DNA of 47,489 nucleotides from a virus (Duplodnaviria; Heunggongvirae; Uroviricota; Caudoviricetes): IMG/VR virus record IMGVR_UViG_2671180547_000013; one strand, 5' to 3'. Shown piece by piece: positions 10,237 to 19,227 of this stretch (position 1 is its first letter; each line of letters starts with the position of its first letter). The notes under the pieces were generated by a model. It saw only the letters and a program-made list of their open reading frames with translations, ran no database searches and was not told where the DNA came from. The position numbers and the translations under genes were made by a program.

Positions 10237-10486
10237 NNNNNNNNNNNNNNNNNNNNNNNNNNNNNNNNNNNNNNNNNNNNNNNNNNNNNNNNNNNNNNNN
10301 NNNNNNNNNNNNNNNNNNNNNNNNNNNNNNNNNNNNNNNNNNNNNNNNNNNNNNNNNNNNNNNNNNNNNNNNNNNNNNNNNNNNNNNNNNNNNNNNNNNN
10401 NNNNNNNNNNNNNNNNNNNNNNNNNNNNNNNNNNNNNNNNNNNNNNNNNNNNNNNNNNNNNNNNNNNNNNNNNNNNNNNNNNNNNN
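10237..10486. other. Run of 250 N (assembly gap or masked sequence)
   Basis: Literal n characters in the sequence. Confidence 1.
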
Positions 10487-10510
10487 AATTTTTACCGGGA
10501 GGAAATTTTT

Positions 10511-11272
10511 ATGGAGACTGTTTTTGACGCACTGAAAGCAATGGGAAAAGCCACATCCATAGAACTTGCTGCGCGACTTGATATCAGTCGTGAAGAAGTG
10601 CTGAACGAACTATGGGAACTGAAAAAAGCTGGTTTCGTTGATAAAAGCGCGTACACCTGGCGTGTGGCTGATAACAACGTTCAGCAGGAACAGCCAATGC
10701 AGGCAGAACTGCCGGAAGAAACCACCACGGCAACTGTAGTGAAAATCTCAGAGTGCGATTTAACCGCGACGATTGAACAACGCGGACCACAAACGGCGGA
10801 TGAACTGGCTACGCTGTTCGGTACAACATCCCGCAAAGTTGCTTCAACGCTGGCAATGGCAATCAGCAAAGGACGCCTGATTCGCGTAAACCAGAACAGT
10901 AAATTTCGTTACTGCATGCCGGGCGATAATTTACCAGCAGAGCCGAAAGCTGCATCGGTAGCGGAAACTGATGGTAAAGCCTTTCCTCAGCCAGCCGGTG
11001 TTGCGTTACCAGTACAGGAAGCGGCAACACAGGAAGATATTAAAACAGAAACTGTGGCGGACATTGTGCAGTCGCTGCCATCGTTTACTGAAACGCAAGC
11101 GGATGACCTAGTTTTACCATCGCTGCATATGGCAAACCGCGAACTGCGTCGGGCGAAAAATCATGTCCAGAAGTGGGAGCGAGTCTGCGCCGCGCTGCGG
11201 GAGCTGAACAAGCACCGGGATATTGTCCGACAGATTGTCGATTCCTCCAGTCGTATTGTGTCGGAAAAGTGA
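10511..11272 (+). CDS. Hypothetical protein with N-terminal winged-helix-like segment (YdaW-position)
   Basis: ATG at 10511 just after the gap; N-terminus [43 protein letters not shown] resembles a wHTH; acidic middle and coiled-coil-like C-terminus. Confidence 0.5.
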   Translation: METVFDALKAMGKATSIELAARLDISREEVLNELWELKKAGFVDKSAYTWRVADNNVQQEQPMQAELPEETTTATVVKISECDLTATIEQRGPQTADELATLFGTTSRKVASTLAMAISKGRLIRVNQNSKFRYCMPGDNLPAEPKAASVAETDGKAFPQPAGVALPVQEAATQEDIKTETVADIVQSLPSFTETQADDLVLPSLHMANRELRRAKNHVQKWERVCAALRELNKHRDIVRQIVDSSSRIVSEK

Positions 11273-11287
11273 TTGCCGGAGGCGCTT

Positions 11288-11704
11288 ATGGCAAAAGTTT
11301 TTACACAGGAAGAGCGTGAAAAAATTAAGGAGCAGGTTGTTGAGTTGGTACGCCAGAGTGGGCGCGAGACGTTAAGGCAACTGGAGGCCAAGACAGGTGC
11401 GACAAGATATCTGATGAGCATTCTTGCCAGAGAGTTGGTTGCCAGTGGCGATGTATACAACTCTGGCTATGGGTTATTCCCGTCTGAACAGGCTCGTAAG
11501 GATTGGAAAAACGCCCGCAAAAAACTATCCAGGGCAAAGGTGAAAAAAACGGTTGTGGTTGATCCTGACCTTATCTGGTCATTACCAGACGGAGAAATAC
11601 GCCGCTATGACAGGCGTCAGAACATAATCTGTCGCGAGTGCCGGAAGAGTGAAGTTATGAAACGTGTACTGGCATTTTATCAAGGAAATCTTCGGTATTT
11701 ATAG
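11288..11704 (+). CDS. Hypothetical protein, 138 aa
   Basis: ATG 11288 with GGAGG 7 nt upstream; basic C-terminal half with CxxC (CRECR). Confidence 0.5.
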   Translation: MAKVFTQEEREKIKEQVVELVRQSGRETLRQLEAKTGATRYLMSILARELVASGDVYNSGYGLFPSEQARKDWKNARKKLSRAKVKKTVVVDPDLIWSLPDGEIRRYDRRQNIICRECRKSEVMKRVLAFYQGNLRYL

Positions 11705-11842
11705 ACGTTACTAGATCAAAGAGCATTAGTTCATATGTAAATTGACATTTTTCTGGCACAGGGGAGAGCTAGCGTGGTTGTCCGCTTTGTGCCAATAGCG
11801 GACATTGCTGGCTCATGGTATGTTAGTTTAAGGAGGCAGGTT

Positions 11843-12865
11843 ATGCCCTGTATTTCGCTGTGGTATAATAGTTGCGCAATTGATACAAGGGAGCGTTACA
11901 TCGTGAAAATTGTTTTCGAGGTTAATGGAAAGAAAGTTCCACTAAAATCTTTAAAATACATAAGCAAAAAAGATCAACTCGAAGTAATGAAAAACTGGTT
12001 CTTTGAAAACTTTGAAGATCCGGCAAATGCTTGTCCGTATGAAAGTAGAGAAGGTGGCTATGCTTACATATATGGCGGGCCGTATGATGCGAGCGAAGAA
12101 CTACAATCCATCTTCGGTCAATATGTTAAATCTGAGTATATTGAGGAATTAGTAGATGAATTACAAACACAATGTTTTGACTGGTCTGGAAACTCAAATA
12201 ATATAGATGATTGGTACGATGATGATATCTACGACGCTGTAACGTCTTCCGGTAATCCGTATTTAAAATTCATTGATAATATCGATAAAATAAAAAAACT
12301 TGCAAAAGATAAAACTGAACAACAGCAAAAAAACCACTTGCTTAGTTTGCTCTACACGAATGTTATTACAGCTTTGGAAACGCTTTATGTTGAGCTATTC
12401 ATTAATTCTATAGAGAAAGATGATGTCTACATAGCCAATTGTATAGAAAAAGGTAAGACTGAATTTAAAGTAAGCAAAGATATTGCTGCGTTGCCTTTCA
12501 AGGGTGAACCCATCGAGAAAATTAGGGGAGAGCTAATCAGGTCAATCAAGGAACACTTGATCAGTGCAAGCTGGCATAGCACTAAAAAGGTAATCGACCG
12601 CTATGAAGCTACATTCGATATAAAAGTACAAAAAGACTGTCCGATAGAAGCTATTGAATTGGCAACCCTCAATCGAAATCACTTAGTGCATCGTGGTGGA
12701 AAGGATAAAGAAGGGAACCTCGTAGTGATTACAGACCAGGATCTTGAAACGCTGATTGAAAATGCATCGAACCTGGCAATTATGCTCTACAACAGTTTAA
12801 ATGTAGCAACGAATAAAACCACCATTTTGCAACCAGATGACAAACCGTTCATTCATGAATTTTAA
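11843..12865 (+). CDS. HEPN-like (Rx4H motif) protein, candidate abortive-infection/defence effector
   Basis: ATG 11843 with AGGAGG 6 nt upstream; low-GC gene; C-terminal helical region contains LATLNRNHLVHRGG (R-x4-H, HEPN-type motif). Domain assignment from motif only. Confidence 0.45.
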   Translation: MPCISLWYNSCAIDTRERYIVKIVFEVNGKKVPLKSLKYISKKDQLEVMKNWFFENFEDPANACPYESREGGYAYIYGGPYDASEELQSIFGQYVKSEYIEELVDELQTQCFDWSGNSNNIDDWYDDDIYDAVTSSGNPYLKFIDNIDKIKKLAKDKTEQQQKNHLLSLLYTNVITALETLYVELFINSIEKDDVYIANCIEKGKTEFKVSKDIAALPFKGEPIEKIRGELIRSIKEHLISASWHSTKKVIDRYEATFDIKVQKDCPIEAIELATLNRNHLVHRGGKDKEGNLVVITDQDLETLIENASNLAIMLYNSLNVATNKTTILQPDDKPFIHEF

Positions 12866-12880
12866 TAGCGCAGGTCATAC

Positions 12881-13882
12881 ATGGATATTCGCACACGAAA
12901 GACAAAATTTTTAGAGTCGTTAGATTCAACTGAAGTGATACGCAAAGCAGTAAGTCTCGCTATAGATTGCATTATTGATAATCATAATAGTAATGAAGAT
13001 ACCCCCTTAGTTATTACCAGCTATGATGATCTCTGTAGAATCCAGGTGCTAAATTATGTACAGGAGTTTTGCGAAGCTGCATTCCCTGATATGGATGAAT
13101 ATTACTTTAGTCCTAACATACTTCGCATCAACGGCAAGACTAGTGAAGAAGCTTGTATTAACTTAATTAAACTCTTAAGAAGTACAAAAGGCATGCTATT
13201 CTGGTCCGATGCCCCATCGTGGTTCGCTAGCCTCCCCGACGGATTATTCCATGTTGTTAACATTGATCAAAAAATCGTTACTCGCGGCCTTAATAAGAAA
13301 AACTCTAAGCCGACAATAATCAATAAAGATTACAGTGTAGATACACTACTATCAGAGCTATTTTTGAATGGCGCACACATGGAGCAACCCAACGTACACA
13401 ACGTTTCTGAGGGAAACATGAAGTTCTATGATGAATGCCATGCTGGATTAATCAGACCAATACCCGCTCCAATAGGCGCGTCATACGATGAAGAGATCAC
13501 AATTAATTCTCCAGATTGGCAAAAGCTCGCGTGTGTAGCTTTACGCCGCTATCAGTCGAAGGAATGTCATGACGGAATGCAATGGGATACAACCGATCAT
13601 GGTTGGACTGATGTAATCGCGTATCCATTCGTCGAAGAAATACAATCAATGGATAATAGTGGTTATCGACAATGTTTAGTTGGGCTGGTCACAATAAACA
13701 ATTCAAATGCAAATTCTCCGTACCTATCTACCGTTTGGATACATCCATTTTATCGCAGGAGAGGGTTATTAAGTAAGTTATGGCCAAAATTACAAGAGTT
13801 ATATGGAAGTAACTTCGAAATTGAGCGACCTAATGAAAATATGAAAGCATTTCTGAAAAGTGCGAAACACGCAGATTACTAA
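12881..13882 (+). CDS. Hypothetical protein, 333 aa, with weak GNAT-like C-terminal motif; partner of the HEPN-like gene
   Basis: Starts 16 nt after the upstream gene's stop; low GC; C-terminal LSTVWIHPFYRRRGLLSKLWPKL loosely resembles the GNAT acetyl-CoA-binding motif. Confidence 0.4.
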   Translation: MDIRTRKTKFLESLDSTEVIRKAVSLAIDCIIDNHNSNEDTPLVITSYDDLCRIQVLNYVQEFCEAAFPDMDEYYFSPNILRINGKTSEEACINLIKLLRSTKGMLFWSDAPSWFASLPDGLFHVVNIDQKIVTRGLNKKNSKPTIINKDYSVDTLLSELFLNGAHMEQPNVHNVSEGNMKFYDECHAGLIRPIPAPIGASYDEEITINSPDWQKLACVALRRYQSKECHDGMQWDTTDHGWTDVIAYPFVEEIQSMDNSGYRQCLVGLVTINNSNANSPYLSTVWIHPFYRRRGLLSKLWPKLQELYGSNFEIERPNENMKAFLKSAKHADY

Positions 13883-14435
13883 TTTATGAATCAGTCTGTG
13901 GAGTTAGGGTTGGTGTGAACAAGTAGGGTAAGAGCCTCAACGTGATGCTATGCCGACCTGCTCCCTGAGAATTCACACAGAAGGCTGCTAGCAATGTCTG
14001 CAGATCGCTCAAAGCGGACTAAAATGTTGGCTTGTTTCTGACTTAGAGCATTTAAGGAAGTGCTGGTGGTGACTGGTTGTTGTGTTCCATTTCTACAGAA
14101 TAAAATCACAGAAACTATACCCAATAGTTGTATTGAATCACTGACGAGACAGCCTCATATTTATCAGGACTGGTGTGCGTCTAATACAGGGGGTTGTCGT
14201 GCTGGTTCTCAAATGTGCGCTGGCTATTGCGGCTGTAATGGCAATTTATTGTCTTGCTGTTGTTCTTATGGAGCGGCTTTCTGATTGATTACATACTGGC
14301 TAGAAAAAAGGTGTTACCTTGGTTTATCTTTGTCCGGCAAGGTGCGCTCATTAATCTTAAGTAAATTTATTGCTCAAGTATTCAGATTACTTCTTATGGT
14401 TGAAGTCTCCTGTCAATGTAGAACCAATATATTTA

Positions 14436-14473
14436 CAAAAATGAGACCCGTCGGGGATAGCCCTGCCGGGTCT
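14436..14473 (-). terminator. Rho-independent terminator downstream of the YeaR-like gene
   Basis: Inverted repeat GAGACCCG ... CGGGTCT (14443-14473) followed on the minus strand by a U-run (reverse complement of AAAAAT at 14436-14441). Confidence 0.6.
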
Positions 14474-14502
14474 GACTGTTAAAGCATTTTTAATATGATC
14501 AT

Positions 14503-14841
14503 CTATTTTTTGGTGCTATAGACTTTTTCGCCCGAAAAGTCTGGAGCGACCCAAAAGTTAATATTAAACTGAGCATCATCGCTTAGTTCAACACGGTGCC
14601 AGTATTGTGGTGGGCTTGTTGCAAAAGCGCCAGCATTAATGACTACTTTTATCTCCGGTTCAGTAGCATTCTCATCAGTAAAACCATAATATGTTACAGT
14701 GCCTTCCATTACGCACAACTGCCCAAAAACACCTGCTGCTGTATTATGATGTGTTAATAACGCTGAAGGTACGTTCTCTTTTGTGAAGAACGGAGTTGAG
14801 CGTTTGATTACCCAATCTTTAGGAATTCTCTTGTGTGTCAT
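14503..14841 (-). CDS. YeaR-like (DUF1971 / TehB N-terminal domain family) protein, 112 aa
   Basis: Start at second ATG (14841) with GGAGGAGGTGG Shine-Dalgarno; segments RSTPFF, GTVTYYGF, FATSPPQYWHRVE, FNINFWVAP resemble E. coli YeaR as recalled. Confidence 0.6.
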   Translation of the reverse strand: MTHKRIPKDWVIKRSTPFFTKENVPSALLTHHNTAAGVFGQLCVMEGTVTYYGFTDENATEPEIKVVINAGAFATSPPQYWHRVELSDDAQFNINFWVAPDFSGEKVYSTKK

Positions 14842-14849
14842 AACCACCT

Positions 14850-14886
14850 CCTCCAAAACATGCATTAAAAATGCATCTTTTGGAGG
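14850..14886. promoter_or_regulatory. Palindromic operator-like site (NsrR-type ATGCAT inverted repeat) overlapping the RBS of the YeaR-like gene
   Basis: CCTCCAAAACATGCAT-TAAAA-ATGCATCTTTTGGAGG: 16-bp arms with one mismatch; TTGACA hexamer on the minus strand at 14892-14897 just upstream. Confidence 0.5.
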
Positions 14887-15654
14887 GTTATGTCAAGCTG
14901 TTATGAAACACATAATTGATATGTTGATTAGAGGAGAAGATAGAATAAATATGGTTGTTTTTCGTATAACTATTTGTTTTACTTTTAGTTTATGCATTCT
15001 GTGTGTTAGGAATAAGTTATTAAAGTTTAATCAAAAAATCTCGATGTAGTCCACATAGATTACTGTTACTGAACCTTATTGTGTGTATTAGTTGTGTTCT
15101 GAAATTTCAGCTTAATTATTTATGATGTATTTTTTAACGATAAATATTTTCCCAGGATACCTTTACTGTGTATATAAATAAATTATATACGCATAAATAA
15201 TGTAAAGGCGTCCTTTTAGATATATCTTATCAAATGTTAATGACTTGAGTGGGAAATATGATTCCAGCAACTTATCATGTGGCTACTTTATAAAAATAAT
15301 GCCCATATAAAACAACAAGCGAAAAGGATTACGGATAAAAAAGGAGCGAGATGTGCGAACTTGTTATTTTCCATGTTTAACCACCTTAAATAATTGATGA
15401 TGACGGGATGATTGCATCTGTAATGCTTTTATTGAAATGTTATGATAAAAAAGAACTTTTGCATAACATTAAAATGTAATTTATCTAATCGTTTTTAATA
15501 ATAAGTGTCGTATTTCTATCCTTGTACCAGCTATTTGATATGTAGTGTTTGTTCATGCTATGTGGGGCTTTACACCATAGCCAGTTTATTTATACTTTAT
15601 TCGTCAGCCTGAACAACTGGCATCTGCTGCGCTGCGCCATCGAGAGATTGAGAA

Positions 15655-16254
15655 ATGGCGCATATACAACTGGTCAAACAAACCTCTTCTGGTTTACTTC
15701 TCCCGGCGACGCCGGAGAGTTGCGATTTTCTGCATCAAATCAAAATAGGTGAGTGGATACACGCAGACTTTAAGCGTGTGCGTAACTACGCATTCCACAA
15801 GCGTTTTTTCAAACTCCTGCAACTGGGATTCGATTACTGGACTCCGGTCGGTGGGGCGATCACGCCTCGCGAACGAGAACTGCTGTCTGGTTTCGTTGAT
15901 TACCTGTGCGAATCAGTTGGTCGGGAACACACGCCAGCCCTGAGTGATGCCGCAGAGCAATACCTTAACACCGTTGCGACTCGTAGAACCCGGGATACGG
16001 CGTTGCTAAAGTCGTTTGAGGCTTTCCGCGAGTGGGTAACCATTCAGGCCGGATTTTACACCGAGCATATTTATCCGGACGGTAGCCGTGGGCGTCGGGC
16101 AAAATCCATCGCTTTTGCGAATATGGACGAAGTCGAGTTTCAGCAGGTTTATAAATCTGTACTGAATGTGCTGTGGAACTGGATTCTGTTCCGTAAATTC
16201 TCCTCTCAGGAGGAAGTTGAAAATGTGGCCGCACAACTACTGGAGTTTGCGTAA
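15655..16254 (+). CDS. Lambdoid nin-region protein (YbcN/DUF1367-like), 199 aa
   Basis: ORF from track; position immediately upstream of the YbcO-like gene as in DLP12-type prophages. Confidence 0.5.
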   Translation: MAHIQLVKQTSSGLLLPATPESCDFLHQIKIGEWIHADFKRVRNYAFHKRFFKLLQLGFDYWTPVGGAITPRERELLSGFVDYLCESVGREHTPALSDAAEQYLNTVATRRTRDTALLKSFEAFREWVTIQAGFYTEHIYPDGSRGRRAKSIAFANMDEVEFQQVYKSVLNVLWNWILFRKFSSQEEVENVAAQLLEFA

Positions 16255-16544
16255 TGGTGAATTTACGTAAAGCGGCTAAAGGCCAGATGTGCCAGATCAG
16301 AATCCCTGGCTACTGCAATCACAATCCCGAAACCTCTGTGCTGGCGCATTACAGGCTGGCGGGGACGTGCGGAACAGCGACAAAACCACATGATATGCAG
16401 GCGGCGATAGCCTGTAGCTCATGCCACGATCTAATCGACGGGCGGGTAAAAACCAGCGATTACACCAAAGAAGAATTGCGCCTGATGCATGCTGAAGGGG
16501 TTTTTCGCACACAAGAAATCTGGAGAAAGAAAGGTCATTTATGA
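16254..16544 (+). CDS. ybcO: YbcO-like putative nuclease (DUF1364 family), 96 aa
   Basis: Cys/His pattern CQIRIPGYCNHNPETSVLAHYRL...CSSCHDLIDGR matching YbcO as recalled; overlaps neighbours by 1 and 4 nt. Confidence 0.7.
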   Translation: MVNLRKAAKGQMCQIRIPGYCNHNPETSVLAHYRLAGTCGTATKPHDMQAAIACSSCHDLIDGRVKTSDYTKEELRLMHAEGVFRTQEIWRKKGHL

Positions 16545-17083
16545 TTTACCCAACGAATACAGGAAAAAGCGGAGAACACCTTCGCCTCACCACGCTGGAA
16601 AGTGTCTGGATTCAGGGAAAACTACGTATGTGGGGGCGCTGGTCGTATATTGGCGGTGGCAGGTCAGGGAATATGTTCAATCAGTTGTTGGCATCCAAAA
16701 AACTGACGAAAACAGCCATTAATGAAGCCCTGCGCAGAATGAAAAAAGCGGGAATAGAGAAAGCTGAGCTGGAAGCGTTTTTGCGAGAGATGATCAACGG
16801 CAAGCAAAAGAGCTGGCTGGCGCATTGTACTGATGCAGAGGCGTTATGTATTGATCGAGTCATAAGTGAGGTGCTGGCAGAGCATCCAGGATTGATTTGC
16901 ATTCTCCGGCAACGCTATGAAGGGCGGGGGATGACTAAGCGCAAAATGGCTGAATTGCTAAATGATGCACACCCAGAGTGGTGTTTTAGCACATGCGAAA
17001 AACGGATTGCTAATTGGTTAGCTGTTGCTGAGTATGCCCTATATATTCCCATGCGTGAATCATTTGCTGAGAAAATGGCTTGA
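16541..17083 (+). CDS. Late-gene antiterminator Q-like protein, 180 aa
   Basis: Last gene of the early right operon, followed within 80 nt by a strong palindromic terminator; several Cys residues; assignment by position and size. Confidence 0.5.
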   Translation: MIYPTNTGKSGEHLRLTTLESVWIQGKLRMWGRWSYIGGGRSGNMFNQLLASKKLTKTAINEALRRMKKAGIEKAELEAFLREMINGKQKSWLAHCTDAEALCIDRVISEVLAEHPGLICILRQRYEGRGMTKRKMAELLNDAHPEWCFSTCEKRIANWLAVAEYALYIPMRESFAEKMA

Positions 17084-17160
17084 TTTCTTACGTATAAACT
17101 GCTTCAATTTTGCTATGCTTCGCAAAGCTGTATCGCGAGGCGGATTGCAGACATGGACAT

Positions 17161-17193
17161 CGTAAAAAAACCGCTTAATGCGGTTTTTTTACG
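17161..17193. terminator. Perfect palindromic intrinsic terminator (tR'-like, bidirectional)
   Basis: CGTAAAAAAACCGC-TTAAT-GCGGTTTTTTTACG; stem flanked by A-run and T-run; 78 nt after the Q-like stop. Confidence 0.8.
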
Positions 17194-17500
17194 TCAGGAA
17201 AGCAGGGGAGAATGCTGCTAGTTGGGCAACTGGTCTTTCTGCTCCAAATTATAACAGAGACCAGTTATAGTTTCGGTGCTGTGTTTTTTTTACAATATTG
17301 TGATAACACATTGCTGGCGGGAGTTTTGATATTTCTTGGCAGGGGCTGATGATGCGTTATCCTGATGTCGTCAACTCATATAAAATGAGATGAGAGATCA
17401 TTGCAGGGTGGTTTGTAATTCGCTGTTTAGCGGGACAATATGTTGTCTGATACAAGACACCCGACGCCTCAGATTACTATAATAAAGACGAAGCATCCTT

Positions 17501-17527
17501 TGTATTGACCAACCGCCTGTTTAGGCG
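17501..17527 (+). terminator. Second intrinsic terminator-like hairpin
   Basis: AACCGCC-TGTTTAG-GCGGTT followed by CTTTTTGGG. Confidence 0.5.
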
Positions 17528-18127
17528 GTTCTTTTTGGGCTGGTTTATTGTATGCCAAATGATTATTAAAAAGGTTGTGTTAATAACAAGATCCGAAATA
17601 ATATGCCTGCATATTTTTATCTTGCTTATATTCTGCATATTGTGCATAGCAGGCTCATCCCTGCAATCAAAACTGTATGATGAGTATTTTTTGTTTTCCT
17701 TTTTTCCAGTCATCTGATGATGACCTGCTTCTTTTTAATCCGGATCGACATCAGTTTTTTAAGATAATTCCTGCGAGTTATATGCATAAATGCCACAAAC
17801 TCCGCATTTTATGTGGTTGGGAGTTGCCGGGCGCGCAGTGAGTTTGCTAAGAAAACTCCTGCATGGTGAATCCCCCTGTGCGGTGGGGTGATACCATTAA
17901 CCTTTTCTGTCGCCGACAGGTATCACGAACATTTTGTTCACCGGGAGGCACCCGGCACCATGCACTTCAATAGATTCTCTCCACATTATGGATATTCTTT
18001 CAGAATATCCCACGCAGACTTTGTGTAAATGTTAACAAATGTGCGTTTTATTTGATCTGATTCGCTGTTTGAGCGTCCAAAACAACGGTATATATAATCC
18101 TTTACTATATGACATATGTGAGGAAAA

Positions 18128-18556
18128 ATGGGTTTTCGTAGCGCATCAATTCTTACGTTGATTATTAGTGGGATTATTATCGGGTGCACTGATGCTGTAT
18201 CGACAAATTATCATGACCGTACATCATATTACTCCGATAAAGCAATAGAGACACAGTATGTGAGTTCATCTGAACGTACTTCTGATGTTAGTGAGGATAT
18301 CCGTCTGTATGCCCATCAAATCAAGAGCGCCATCGAAAAACAGTTCGGGGATGCGAGTAAGTATTCAGGAAAAGAGTGTACACTGAGAATGCATATGGCC
18401 CCGAATGGCCTTCTACTGGAGGTTAAAAGAGAAAGTGGAGACCTCGATTTATGTCGTGAAGCGATGAATGCGATAAAGAATGCTGATATACCTGCCCCCC
18501 CTTCGCCGGAAGTATATAAAGTATTTCAAAATGGGGTGCTGGATTTTAAACCCTGA
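18128..18556 (+). CDS. Lipoprotein with TolA C-terminal (domain III)-like domain, 142 aa
   Basis: Signal peptide plus lipobox (IIIGC); C-terminal YAHQIKSAIEKQFGDASKYSGKECTLRMHMAPNGLLLEVKRESGDLDLCREAMNAIKNADIPAPPSPEVYKVFQNGVLDFKP resembles TolA domain III as recalled; GAGG Shine-Dalgarno. Confidence 0.7.
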   Translation: MGFRSASILTLIISGIIIGCTDAVSTNYHDRTSYYSDKAIETQYVSSSERTSDVSEDIRLYAHQIKSAIEKQFGDASKYSGKECTLRMHMAPNGLLLEVKRESGDLDLCREAMNAIKNADIPAPPSPEVYKVFQNGVLDFKP

Positions 18557-18706
18557 TATTTATTGTTTTGTAATAAACGGTTTCGGCTTAGGTTTGTTCT
18601 GACACAGCTACGGCACTGAGCTAAATTTAGCGGATAGTCAGCTCTGAGCCAGTGGCGGACGTAACAACTACTATTGCTGAGATTTTAATGGATTGAGGAG
18701 CAAGAA

Positions 18707-19102
18707 GTGGGATTAAAGAAAATCGTTATGTTGACTTTTTGGGTCGGTTTTGTTGCGGGATGCACACCTTTACACCCTTCAGATTGCCACAAAACTACTG
18801 CTACAGGTAGTTGCAGTTCAGGACGCTGGGATGATCAGGATGAATGGGGGGCGCAAGCGCGGGGAATCAGAGCTGCAATTAATGCCAAACTTGATGAGCC
18901 GCATAACTGGAAAGGGAAAAAATGCAGGTTGCATATGGAATTCTCTCAGGATGGCACGGCGTTAAAAATATCTACCAGTAACGGTGATAAAGCCTATTGC
19001 GAAGCGATAAAGTCCGCAGCTCATAAAGCCAAATTTCCGGCCTTCAACAATCCGGAAGTCTACAGAGATTTTCAGAAATCTGGCTTTGACATGCGAGGTT
19101 AG
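18707..19102 (+). CDS. Second lipoprotein with TolA domain III-like C-terminus, 131 aa (GTG start)
   Basis: Lipobox FVAGC; GAGGAG 6 nt upstream of GTG; C-terminal pattern IRAAINAKL...KGKKCRLHMEFSQDGTALKISTSNGDKAYCEAIKSAAHKAKFPAFNNPEVYRDFQKSGFD parallels the first lipoprotein. Confidence 0.65.
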   Translation: MGLKKIVMLTFWVGFVAGCTPLHPSDCHKTTATGSCSSGRWDDQDEWGAQARGIRAAINAKLDEPHNWKGKKCRLHMEFSQDGTALKISTSNGDKAYCEAIKSAAHKAKFPAFNNPEVYRDFQKSGFDMRG

Positions 19103-19227
19103 CTCTTCAATTACTATATCTCATTCATAGCAAACTGACAGATTTGATGATGTTCTATATACGAAACCTGTGATGTCAAGTCTGAGCTAATACAAATAAA
19201 CATAATATCAGAGAAATACATTTTATT

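Noticed and set aside
14060-14284. 74-aa Cys-rich ORF (13 Cys) between the cassette and the YeaR-like gene
   Set aside because: GTG start directly abutting the AAGGAA (no spacer), no signal peptide, surrounding sequence looks non-coding. Could be a small Cys-rich peptide but the evidence is insufficient.
17477-17717. Overlapping 78-aa (minus) and 70-aa (plus) ORFs in the AT-rich region after Q
   Set aside because: AT-rich sequence gives spurious open frames; plus ORF has no proper start codon and overlaps the terminator hairpin.
17200-18127. Looked for tRNA genes, which often sit between Q and lysis genes in lambdoid prophages
   Set aside because: No GTTCGA/GTTCAA T-loop-like motif flanked by acceptor-stem complementarity found by eye; cannot exclude without tRNAscan-type search.
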